DNA of 64,000 nucleotides. It comes from Oscillospiraceae bacterium (lineage in GTDB: Bacteria; Bacillota; Clostridia; Oscillospirales; CAG-382). The notes under the pieces are model-generated. The model made no database searches. It was not told the origin of the DNA and saw nothing but the letters and a program-made list of their open reading frames with translations. A program made the translations under genes and the position numbers. This document shows positions 19,442-27,622 of this stretch, one piece after another (positions within the stretch are counted from its first letter, which is position 1; each line of letters begins with the position of its first letter). The stretch spans positions 24,989 through 88,988 of the forward strand of contig SVSD01000001.1 in the NCBI GenBank assembly GCA_015064485.1, read 5' to 3'.

Positions 19442-19834
19442 ATGGATACAGTGGTAAATGAACCTAAAGGTTTATCGGTAGCATCTCTCCTGTTGGGGAT
19501 ATCATCTGTTGTACTCGGCATAGTTGCAGGTATTTTTTCTATAATTCTTTCTTTGTTTTTCCCGTTTTTGGCGCCTATTGTCTGTTGCTGTGTGCCTTTT
19601 ATAATGGCAGCAGCAGGTTTTGCCCTCGGAATAATGGGAATAAAAAAAGAAAAGCAGAAAGCGGCAACTTTCGGTCTTATCCTTTCAATATTTGCTCTTC
19701 TTATAATTATAGGATTTGTTGCTATCTGCTTTATTACGCCTATTGTAACAGGCCTTGCGGCAGGTCTTGCTGTAGCTCTTCCTTTCCTGGGCTCATTTGA
19801 AGCAATAATGACCGCCCCGACATTTTACTGCTGA
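19442..19834 (+). CDS. DUF4190-like small membrane protein, paralogue 1
   Basis: Track ORF trimmed to ATG 19442 (GGAGG RBS). 130 aa. Hydrophobic helices flank a GIMGIKKEKQKAATFGLILSI loop shared with the three paralogues. Confidence 0.8.
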   Translation: MDTVVNEPKGLSVASLLLGISSVVLGIVAGIFSIILSLFFPFLAPIVCCCVPFIMAAAGFALGIMGIKKEKQKAATFGLILSIFALLIIIGFVAICFITPIVTGLAAGLAVALPFLGSFEAIMTAPTFYC

Positions 19835-19862
19835 CAAAAATTCCTTTTGTTTATATCAATTG

Positions 19863-19891
19863 TTGACAAAAGGCAACATTTAAGATATAAT
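19863..19891 (+). promoter_or_regulatory. Perfect consensus sigma-A promoter (TTGACA-N17-TATAAT)
   Basis: TTGACA 19863-19868, 17-nt spacer, TATAAT 19886-19891. Lies upstream of paralogue 2. Confidence 0.75.
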
Positions 19892-19922
19892 TATTTATTA
19901 TATATTTAAAGGAGGTTTCATC

Positions 19923-20267
19923 ATGGATAACAATGAAAACATCAAAGTTGAAACTAATACAAACGAAACAAAACACCCCATTTCCACAATAGCTCTTGTT
20001 TGCGGAATAGTATCTCTTGTAGGAATTCTTACTTCCTTCATACCTTTCATTTCTCTTTTGACAGCGCCCTTTATCTACCCGGCGGGCGTAGCGGGTATAA
20101 TTCTCGGAATTATCGGCATCAAAAAAGAAGGTCATAAGAATGCGAAAATAGGTCTTATCCTCAGCATCGTAGGTCTTATTCTTAACATCATCGTTACAAT
20201 CCTTTCATTCGGTCTCGGACTGATTATAGGATTTATTCCCGTCATACTTGAAGGTATGAATTATTAA
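19923..20267 (+). CDS. DUF4190-like small membrane protein, paralogue 2
   Basis: 114 aa. AGGAGG RBS. GIIGIKKEGHKNAKIGLILSIVGLIL core. Confidence 0.85.
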   Translation: MDNNENIKVETNTNETKHPISTIALVCGIVSLVGILTSFIPFISLLTAPFIYPAGVAGIILGIIGIKKEGHKNAKIGLILSIVGLILNIIVTILSFGLGLIIGFIPVILEGMNY

Positions 20268-20281
20268 AAAGGACTTATCAT

Positions 20282-20758
20282 ATGAACGAAAATAATAAGA
20301 AAAGCTTATCGGTAACAGCCTTTGTGCTGGGACTTATAAGCATCCTTACCTGTACTCTCATGGAGGGTGTTTTGGGTGCTGTAATTACTGTTGTTGCAAC
20401 ATTTTTACAGCTCATCCCCATCATCGGACAGCTTTTGGGAGTGCTTTTGACAGTTCCTCTTGCAATCCTTGCACTTCCGGCAACTCTTCCCTGCGGAATA
20501 ATTGCGTTTATAATGGCTAAAAAGGCTATGGAAACTGAAGGCCATCACCTTGCAAAGCCTGCAAGAACTATGGGTCTTATAGGTATTATTTTAGGCGTTA
20601 TTGATATCATTATTGACATCGGCGCTATCGTTCTTGCGATTGTTGTAGGTGTGGGCGGACTTTTGACTCCCATTCTTCTTGCTCTTGGAGTTTCTTCTGC
20701 TGAATCCTTCGGAAGTACAGCAGGGAATTCTATTGCAACCGGCATTTTCGGATATTAA
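20282..20758 (+). CDS. DUF4190-like small membrane protein, paralogue 3
   Basis: 158 aa. Starts 14 nt after paralogue 2. AFIMAKKAMETEGHHLAKPARTMGLIGIILGV core. Confidence 0.8.
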   Translation: MNENNKKSLSVTAFVLGLISILTCTLMEGVLGAVITVVATFLQLIPIIGQLLGVLLTVPLAILALPATLPCGIIAFIMAKKAMETEGHHLAKPARTMGLIGIILGVIDIIIDIGAIVLAIVVGVGGLLTPILLALGVSSAESFGSTAGNSIATGIFGY

Positions 20759-20780
20759 TTTTAATTTAAAAGAGGTTATT

Positions 20781-21449
20781 ATGAACAAAAGACTTCAGGG
20801 CGCACTTGCAGGCGTTTTAATCGGCGTACTTTTGACAGGCGGTATTTCTTACGCAAAGACTGCTGTTGAAAACATCAGCGTAAATTATAACAACATCAAG
20901 GTTTATGTGGACAACGAAAGACAAACTTTAAAAGATGCCAACGGAACCACAATCGAGCCTTTCATCTACAACGGAACTACATATCTCCCGGTAAGAGCTG
21001 TAGCTGAACTTGCTGATATGACAGTTACATGGGATGACAGCACAAAATCCGTTTACCTTTGGGACAGAACCGTTCCCGAACAGGATCTTGTTGTAGTTTG
21101 TCCCCCTTACAAATCCAAAAACTGCTCGGTTTACGGCGTCGGTGACTACTTTAATATGGACGGTCAGAAATACGACCGTGGTTTCAGACTCTTCTCATCC
21201 GCAGGATACGCTCAGTTTAACCTCGAAGGAAAATACAAGACTTTAGAGGTTACAATCGGACACAGCGATACTACCGACAGAGATAAGAGTGTCACATTTA
21301 TCATTGACGGCAAAAACGCAGGAACCGTTTCTCTTCCCGCAGGATGCAAGCCTCAAAGATATTCTGTTGACCTTAACCGTTGCTCCGACCTCAAAATAAG
21401 CATAGACGGCGGCCCGGATATCGGTTTTGGTGTTATGATCGTAAAATAA
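20781..21449 (+). CDS. Secreted or anchored protein with a copper-amine-oxidase-N-like stalk domain and an NPCBM-like beta-sandwich domain
   Basis: Track ORF trimmed to ATG 20781 (AGAGG RBS). N-terminal signal/anchor. IEPFIYNGTTYLPVRAVAELADMTVTWD matches the Cu-amine-oxidase N-terminal repeat. The NPCBM-like C-terminal assignment is by pattern recognition only. Confidence 0.7.
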   Translation: MNKRLQGALAGVLIGVLLTGGISYAKTAVENISVNYNNIKVYVDNERQTLKDANGTTIEPFIYNGTTYLPVRAVAELADMTVTWDDSTKSVYLWDRTVPEQDLVVVCPPYKSKNCSVYGVGDYFNMDGQKYDRGFRLFSSAGYAQFNLEGKYKTLEVTIGHSDTTDRDKSVTFIIDGKNAGTVSLPAGCKPQRYSVDLNRCSDLKISIDGGPDIGFGVMIVK

Positions 21450-21522
21450 ACGCTCTTTTGATTCAACCTTTGTTGAAAACAAAACGGCTTTATAAATAAA
21501 ATACATAAAGGAGGTTCTTATC

Positions 21523-21792
21523 ATGGAAGAAAAGAAAATGAATCCCGTTGCAGTTCTCGTTCTCGGTATCTGCAGTTTGGTTTTCTCCGGTTCGGGTATC
21601 ATCGGCATTATCCTTGCTATCATCGGCTTGGTTCTTGCAAAGAAAGCTGATCCCGAAGACAAGAAGGTAAAGGCAGGCAAGATACTCAGCATCATCGGTC
21701 TTATCCTTTCCATACTTGGAATTATCGTATCTCTCATTGCGATTCCCACAGTTGTTGTTCCTTTCATAGGAATGTTATTGAACTCTCTTTAA
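21523..21792 (+). CDS. DUF4190-like small membrane protein, paralogue 4
   Basis: 89 aa. AGGAGG RBS. IGLVLAKKADPEDKKVKAGKILSIIGLILSILGI core. Confidence 0.85.
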   Translation: MEEKKMNPVAVLVLGICSLVFSGSGIIGIILAIIGLVLAKKADPEDKKVKAGKILSIIGLILSILGIIVSLIAIPTVVVPFIGMLLNSL

Positions 21793-21832
21793 AAAAGATG
21801 TGCGGCACCTCGTTTGAGGTGCCGCATTTTTT
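21791..21832. terminator. Bidirectional intrinsic terminator
   Basis: A6, then an 11-bp stem TGCGGCACCTC/GAGGTGCCGCA, then T6. Serves the convergent genes on both sides. Confidence 0.85.
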
Positions 21833-21835
21833 ATT

Positions 21836-22672
21836 TTACGGAATATAACGCTCTGAAATCGTTGTTACAACTCCGTTTTTCACTGTTATATCATACAGCG
21901 GAGTGTTTGTATTAAGAGCTTCCGCCATTGTTGAAAGTGTGGTTTGTGTAAGAAGCCAGGACCTATCCTCGTGCATCTCAAATCTACGGCATACGACTTC
22001 TTCCGATATCTCATATTCAAAAAATCTTTCTTCGGGATTGTATAAATAGTATCCGTTGGGTAAATATTCGGTAGATACACCAAGCTGATTCAAAAGTTCC
22101 TCGTTTTCAAAGCTTGTCAGGAAAAACAACTTGTCAAAAACGAGTTTTCTGTCGGCTGTGTCTATCCGGCTTATATAACCCACAAGAGAAAGAACGGCGT
22201 TTTCATCCGGGAAACATTCTTCAATCGGTACAGAATAATTGGGTTCGCCCACAGGGCTTACATCCATCATAACGCTGTCGATTGCGGATTGACCGCCTAT
22301 ATATGTGCCCTTCACCATAAGCCGAAAATTCGCGCGCGTCTTCTTCCCCTGCTCGGAGCTGATATCTCCGCCGCTGTCAAGATGCCACATAGTAAAGAGA
22401 AACTCGGAACTGAACTCGTTTTCCTCAATTTCTTGTTTGTAATCGGAGATTTCATAATAAATCCCCTCATAATAGGGCTGATACGCCTCGTCGAAGATTT
22501 CGGACAAATACGATTGTATCTGATGCTTAAGGATTTCTTCCGAGCCCTCCGTTTCCGATATCGTTTCGCTCTGATTGTTTTTTTCCTCATCTACGACAGT
22601 CTTATGGCAAGACACAAGCATAAGGCATAACACAATAAACAAGGCAGTTAAAAGGTTTTTTCTCAATTTCAT
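21836..22672 (-). CDS. Putative lipoprotein, unknown function
   Basis: 278 aa. N-terminus MKLRKNLLTALFIVLCLMLVSC has a lipobox-like LVSC. Confidence 0.7.
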   Translation of the reverse strand: MKLRKNLLTALFIVLCLMLVSCHKTVVDEEKNNQSETISETEGSEEILKHQIQSYLSEIFDEAYQPYYEGIYYEISDYKQEIEENEFSSEFLFTMWHLDSGGDISSEQGKKTRANFRLMVKGTYIGGQSAIDSVMMDVSPVGEPNYSVPIEECFPDENAVLSLVGYISRIDTADRKLVFDKLFFLTSFENEELLNQLGVSTEYLPNGYYLYNPEERFFEYEISEEVVCRRFEMHEDRSWLLTQTTLSTMAEALNTNTPLYDITVKNGVVTTISERYIP

Positions 22673-22687
22673 AAATTCACTCCTTTC

Positions 22688-23551
22688 TTAAAAACTCCGC
22701 ATACCAACCGCAGAAAGCTGTGTTCCCGAATATCCGCCGGATGCTCTGTGCGAGAAGAAAATGTCGCTGTTGCAACAGGTACATATACCGCTAAACGATA
22801 TTTTATCAGCTGTCACTGACTCATTTTCGAGATATATAGCATTTATCCGCGGAAGATTGATTTTATATTTATTCTCTCCGTCTTTTATATAGCTTTCCGT
22901 AAAGCACGCCTCGGGCGCGCTTCTTTTTATCCCCAACGAATCGCAATGTGAAAACAATGCATCTTTGACAACATCATTTACTTCATAACAGCAATCAAGA
23001 ATACAAGGGCCTATTGCCGCTATAATATCCGCATCGGGATATTCTTTTTTTATTAGTCTTACCGCATTTCCCACAATATTGCCGACACTTCCTCTCCAGC
23101 CTGCGTGAATTGCACAAGGTATGTCATTTTTCAGATCATAAAGCAGTATAGGCACACAATCTGCGGTTTTTACCCCCACTGTGTCAATATTCCCTCCATA
23201 TGGAGCAAAAATGCCGTCGCAGGGCGGAAAATCGCTCCTTGTGCCGAATATATCAAAACAAGATCTTTCGGCTTTTACAACTTCTGCCGAATGTGTCTGT
23301 TTCATCAAAGCACATTTTGTTTCATCCGAACCGATAATATCAAGCGCTCTTTTTAAATTTTCACGGATATTTTCTTCTTTATCTGTATTTCCGCACTTAT
23401 CTTTACGCACAGAAGAAAAATTAAGACTTGAAAAAACTCCGTCGCTTACTCCCCCAAGCTTCGCACAAAAGAAATGGGGTATTTTGTATTCATCAAAAAG
23501 CGGGCTTGTATAATACAAAATTCCGTCTTTTTCGTGTCTTGTAAACGCCAT
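22688..23551 (-). CDS. pgeF: Peptidoglycan editing factor PgeF / YfiH (DUF152) family
   Basis: Track ORF trimmed to ATG 23551. The promoter -10 at 23587-23582 lies inside the longer ORF, and a GGAAGGGTG RBS precedes 23551. AIHAGWRGS motif. Confidence 0.85.
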   Translation of the reverse strand: MAFTRHEKDGILYYTSPLFDEYKIPHFFCAKLGGVSDGVFSSLNFSSVRKDKCGNTDKEENIRENLKRALDIIGSDETKCALMKQTHSAEVVKAERSCFDIFGTRSDFPPCDGIFAPYGGNIDTVGVKTADCVPILLYDLKNDIPCAIHAGWRGSVGNIVGNAVRLIKKEYPDADIIAAIGPCILDCCYEVNDVVKDALFSHCDSLGIKRSAPEACFTESYIKDGENKYKINLPRINAIYLENESVTADKISFSGICTCCNSDIFFSHRASGGYSGTQLSAVGMRSF

Positions 23552-23581
23552 TTTTTCACCCTTCCGAATGCCTTTTCTATC

Positions 23582-23610
23582 ATTATACAGCAAAAGCGGA
23601 AAAATGTAAA
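23582..23610 (-). promoter_or_regulatory. Sigma-A promoter of pgeF (TTTACA-N17-TATAAT)
   Basis: Minus strand: TTTACA 23610-23605, 17-nt spacer, TATAAT 23587-23582. Divergent from the murI promoter. Confidence 0.6.
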
Positions 23611-23648
23611 TAAACTAAAAGAAAACAGTGATTTTTTAGAGATTTTAT

Positions 23649-23677
23649 TTGACATAATACAAATAAAGTGATATAAT
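23649..23677 (+). promoter_or_regulatory. Consensus sigma-A promoter of murI (TTGACA-N17-TATAAT with TG extension)
   Basis: TTGACA 23649-23654, 17-nt spacer ending TGA, TATAAT 23672-23677. Confidence 0.7.
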
Positions 23678-23712
23678 ATAATATGTAGATTTTTATAACT
23701 CGGAGCTATGTT

Positions 23713-24537
23713 ATGTCAGATAAAAAAAGTGCCATCGGAGTATTCGATTCGGGTCTCGGCGGACTTACAGCCATAAAGCAACTTAAGAAAATACTTCCGA
23801 ATGAGCATTTTATATATTTCGGTGATACGGGCAGAGTTCCGTACGGAACCCGCTCTTTTGAAACGGTCTTGCAGTATGCCGATGACGATATGCGTTTTCT
23901 TATGGATTTCAACATAAAAGCCGCAGTTGTCGCCTGCGGGACAGTAAGCGCTATCGCACTTCCGAAACTTAAAGAAAAATTCCCTCTTCCCATAATCGGA
24001 GCAATAAATCCCGCATCATGTACGGCGGCTCAGGTTTCAAAAACAAAGAACATTGCCGTGTTTGCAACACAGGCTACAATAAACCGCAAAGCTTTTGATG
24101 AGGAGCTGAAAAAGCTTGACGGCGGAATCTCGGTATATCCGGTTGCGTGCCCTATGTTCGTTCCTCTTATTGAAGCGGGATACATAGACAAAAACTGTGC
24201 TGTGACAAGACTTATCGCAGCAGAATACCTCGAACAAATCAAAGACAAAAATATAGATACTCTTATTCTCGGATGCACCCATTATCCAATAATAAAAGAA
24301 CTTATAGGCGATGTGGCAACCGAAGTTTTGGGAAGAGAGATTGAAATTATCGATTCCGGTCTTGAAGCCGCAAGAGCAACAAAGGAAATTCTCATAAAGC
24401 TCGGTCTTCAAAACAACTGCGAAGATGAAGGTTCTGTCCGTTACTTTGTAAGTGACGAAACTCAGAATTTCAAAACCACAGCTTCTATTTTTCTCGGCGA
24501 ACCTGCCGAAAATGTGACTAAAGTATCCATCGGCTAA
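23713..24537 (+). CDS. murI: Glutamate racemase
   Basis: 274 aa. FDSGLGGLT and GCTHYP catalytic-Cys motifs. Confidence 0.95.
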   Translation: MSDKKSAIGVFDSGLGGLTAIKQLKKILPNEHFIYFGDTGRVPYGTRSFETVLQYADDDMRFLMDFNIKAAVVACGTVSAIALPKLKEKFPLPIIGAINPASCTAAQVSKTKNIAVFATQATINRKAFDEELKKLDGGISVYPVACPMFVPLIEAGYIDKNCAVTRLIAAEYLEQIKDKNIDTLILGCTHYPIIKELIGDVATEVLGREIEIIDSGLEAARATKEILIKLGLQNNCEDEGSVRYFVSDETQNFKTTASIFLGEPAENVTKVSIG

Positions 24538-24566
24538 ATAAGAAAGGTCTTAATAAACAAGTATAA

Positions 24567-25331
24567 ATGACAGATTTCTTGCGTCCCTTCGGTATGAAAG
24601 ATATGTTTGATCCAAACTGCAAAGTGACTGTATCTGGCGAGCATTTCTTTTCGGACAAAAAACTATATACCAATTTCTACGGAATAGCTTTCTTTTCTCC
24701 TACGGACGAATATACGAGCAATCCGCATATATCCCCCATACTTTCGGGTTTCCCGAGCATCCTCGATGATTTTTTAAGCGAAGGGCCTTATTCAAATTCG
24801 GGTGTAAAACAGGATTATAACATAAGGCAAAATATAATGCAGAATGTCGACAAAAAATTCATTTTGCCAAAAACGGTCAAAACAGATATGCCGCGCGGGG
24901 GCAAAAAACTTTCCTGTTCGTATCTCGGGAATGTTTCTTTTCACGGAGACGACACTCTTGTTCTTATGTACGGTTCGATTATTCCTTCAACTGTTTGCAT
25001 TACGGAAAATGCGGTTTCAATGATGCTTCCTTTTTCGCCCTTTTCAAGTATTTCCTTTGTAAAAGGCAAAAGAACGCTTCAGACAATAGATTATCCCGTA
25101 CAGTTTTCTCCCTTTTTGCCTCCCGAAAATATCGAGGTTGATTTTTCAACATATACAAAAAATCTTTCCCTTATGCTCCGCGAGGATCTTACGGGAACAC
25201 TAAATATCGAATATTATCTTGAAGTGGGAGCTTCAAAATGTGAAAACGGAAAATTATCAATAGATTTTGCTCCCCTTTCAAAAGAAGATACACCCCCTCT
25301 TTCCGATGAAAAAGAAAGGAACGAAATATGA
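24567..25331 (+). CDS. Hypothetical cytoplasmic protein, unknown family
   Basis: 254-aa ORF with no signal peptide and a weak RBS. Its stop overlaps the start of the S41 protease gene (ATGA at 25328-25331). Confidence 0.55.
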   Translation: MTDFLRPFGMKDMFDPNCKVTVSGEHFFSDKKLYTNFYGIAFFSPTDEYTSNPHISPILSGFPSILDDFLSEGPYSNSGVKQDYNIRQNIMQNVDKKFILPKTVKTDMPRGGKKLSCSYLGNVSFHGDDTLVLMYGSIIPSTVCITENAVSMMLPFSPFSSISFVKGKRTLQTIDYPVQFSPFLPPENIEVDFSTYTKNLSLMLREDLTGTLNIEYYLEVGASKCENGKLSIDFAPLSKEDTPPLSDEKERNEI

Positions 25332-27103
25332 CATACAGAATAAAAAGAATAATCGCCGGTCTCCTTGCAGGATGTGCGGTATGTTCAGGGTCTGTTTTTA
25401 ATGTAAATGCACAAACCCTTTTCTCAAAACAGGCAGACGAAAATTACAAACTCATACAGGAAATTCTTGATTTATATGTAAGTACAAGCCTTTATGAAAC
25501 AGATAAAGAAACTCTTATAAATCAGATGCTTTATAATTTCATTGCAAAAAATCCGGATCTTGTGCCGGAGCTTGCAAATTCCGCTCTTAAAGCAAACGAC
25601 CCTTACAGCGCATATCATATGTCATCCTCGGGTTTTCTTTCTTCCTCAACGAAATCGTACGGTATAGTAATTCGGGATTCAAACGATTTTGAGGATGATG
25701 ATCCGAGAAAAGCAGTTGAGGGCCTTTACATCACCGATGTTCTAAACAATTCTAATGCGAAGTTTGCAGGAATGCTTCCCGGCGACAGAATAGTTTCTCT
25801 TGACGGAATAAATGTCGAAGGTCTGACTTTGCAAGGCTTAAAATATCTTTTGGCTTTCTTCCCTCTTGCAGATAAAAACCCCGAAGATTCAAAGGTTTTC
25901 AAGGAGTTTTCTGAATACGCAGCAGATACTTCTTCCGAAAAATATTCGGAATACACAAAGCTTTTCTGGGATCCTAAAAAGGAAGTAACCTTCGGTCTTG
26001 AGCGAGTTTTGGAAGACGGCACAAAAACCGTTGTTGAAATAAATGTACCGAAGGGCTATTCCGATAACAAAGGAATATATCTTTATACCGACAAGCAAAA
26101 CTCTGTTGCTACAATTGAGCTTGTAAGTTTTGAATCGGAAAATATTTACGAAAAATTTCTGCAGGCCTTTGAAGAGGCAAAAGAATCGGGCTGTAAAAAG
26201 CTTATAATAGACCTTCGCGACAACCCCGGCGGATATCTTGATGCCGCAAAGAAGCTCGGCAGTCTTTTTACAAACGGTGTAAAGCCTATGTTTTATGTAC
26301 GCAGCCGCGATTCGGAAGAACCGATAGCTCATATGTCCGAAGGAAACTATATCGGAGATGCCTTTGATGAATATGTGGTTCTTATAAATTCAAATACCGC
26401 AAGTGCAGCCGAACTTTTCGCACACATTATACGCGAAGGCACAGGCGCTGCAATAATCGGCGAAACATCATACGGCAAAGCTTTGGGACAGGTAGCATAC
26501 AATGTTTCAAACGGCGATATGTTCACAATTACAACCTTCGAAATACTTGACGGTAACAAATTCGCCTATAACGGAATAGGAATAGTACCCGATATTGAAG
26601 TACCACTCGTTCCCGAAAAGTACGAATTTCCCACAGGGCTTTCGTTTTTCAATCACGAAAATTATGTTACTATCCAAAACGGAATAACAAACGATGCAAC
26701 CCTGGCTCTTGAACAGCGTTTTGGCATACTCGGAATTTTGAGAGATTCTGCAATCGACGGTTTGTGCGATGAAAGCACACAGGCCGCAATTCTTGCTTAT
26801 AAATATGCCGGTATGAGCGATTATGCGCCGAATTCCTGTATTGACGACGAAATGGTTACTAATATGACCCTTATTATAAACACATATAAAGATAAATATA
26901 TTTATTCGGATTCCCAAATGGAAGTCGCAAAACTTTATCTTAAAAACCATTCAAGAGGAAAACGCCTTGCCAAAGAATGCAGAAACGCTCTTGCGGCATA
27001 CGAAAAGGCACAGGCGGAAAGAGAAGCTCAAAACCGTGCCATACTTGAACAGGAACAAAAAGAGTATGAATCAAGCATACAAAACGCTTCGAATGCCGGA
27101 TAA
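25328..27103 (+). CDS. S41-family C-terminal processing protease with PDZ and peptidoglycan-binding domains
   Basis: 591 aa. Signal peptide. PDZ region (GMLPGDRIVSLDG). S41 core (DLRDNPGG...NSNTASAAELFA). C-terminal PG_binding_1-like repeat. Confidence 0.88.
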   Translation: MTYRIKRIIAGLLAGCAVCSGSVFNVNAQTLFSKQADENYKLIQEILDLYVSTSLYETDKETLINQMLYNFIAKNPDLVPELANSALKANDPYSAYHMSSSGFLSSSTKSYGIVIRDSNDFEDDDPRKAVEGLYITDVLNNSNAKFAGMLPGDRIVSLDGINVEGLTLQGLKYLLAFFPLADKNPEDSKVFKEFSEYAADTSSEKYSEYTKLFWDPKKEVTFGLERVLEDGTKTVVEINVPKGYSDNKGIYLYTDKQNSVATIELVSFESENIYEKFLQAFEEAKESGCKKLIIDLRDNPGGYLDAAKKLGSLFTNGVKPMFYVRSRDSEEPIAHMSEGNYIGDAFDEYVVLINSNTASAAELFAHIIREGTGAAIIGETSYGKALGQVAYNVSNGDMFTITTFEILDGNKFAYNGIGIVPDIEVPLVPEKYEFPTGLSFFNHENYVTIQNGITNDATLALEQRFGILGILRDSAIDGLCDESTQAAILAYKYAGMSDYAPNSCIDDEMVTNMTLIINTYKDKYIYSDSQMEVAKLYLKNHSRGKRLAKECRNALAAYEKAQAEREAQNRAILEQEQKEYESSIQNASNAG

Positions 27104-27119
27104 TATCAGAGGTGTTAAA

Positions 27120-27584
27120 ATGGAACTTATAAAAAGCTTTACTATCAATCACGATATTCTGAAAGAGGGAGTTTATCTTTCAAGGCAGGACCGAAACACA
27201 AACACATACGATCTGCGTATGAAGATACCCAACGGCGGAGATTATCTCACTCCCGCCGCATCCCATACCATCGAACATCTTTGTGCTATGTATCTTAGAA
27301 ATTCAAAGTTCGGGCAAGAGATAGTATATTTCGGGCCTATGGGCTGTATGACAGGGTTTTATCTTGTTACTTTTGATACACTTTCAGAAGAAGATATGCT
27401 GAAGACCTTATGCGGAGCTTTTGAATTTATAAAGAATTTTTCCGAAAAGGAAGTTCCCGGTGCCAAGAAAATAGAATGTGGGAATTATTTAAGTCACGAC
27501 CTTGACGGTGCAAAAGAAATCGCAAAAAAGTATTTTGATATAATCAAAAATCTTACTCCAGAAGACCTTGCATATCCACAATGA
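27120..27584 (+). CDS. luxS: S-ribosylhomocysteine lyase
   Basis: Track ORF trimmed to ATG 27120 (GAGG RBS). HTIEHL metal motif and GCMTGFY. Confidence 0.93.
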   Translation: MELIKSFTINHDILKEGVYLSRQDRNTNTYDLRMKIPNGGDYLTPAASHTIEHLCAMYLRNSKFGQEIVYFGPMGCMTGFYLVTFDTLSEEDMLKTLCGAFEFIKNFSEKEVPGAKKIECGNYLSHDLDGAKEIAKKYFDIIKNLTPEDLAYPQ

Positions 27585-27622
27585 CCGCTGTCAAAATTCA
27601 ATTAGTATCGGAGGAATAATAA

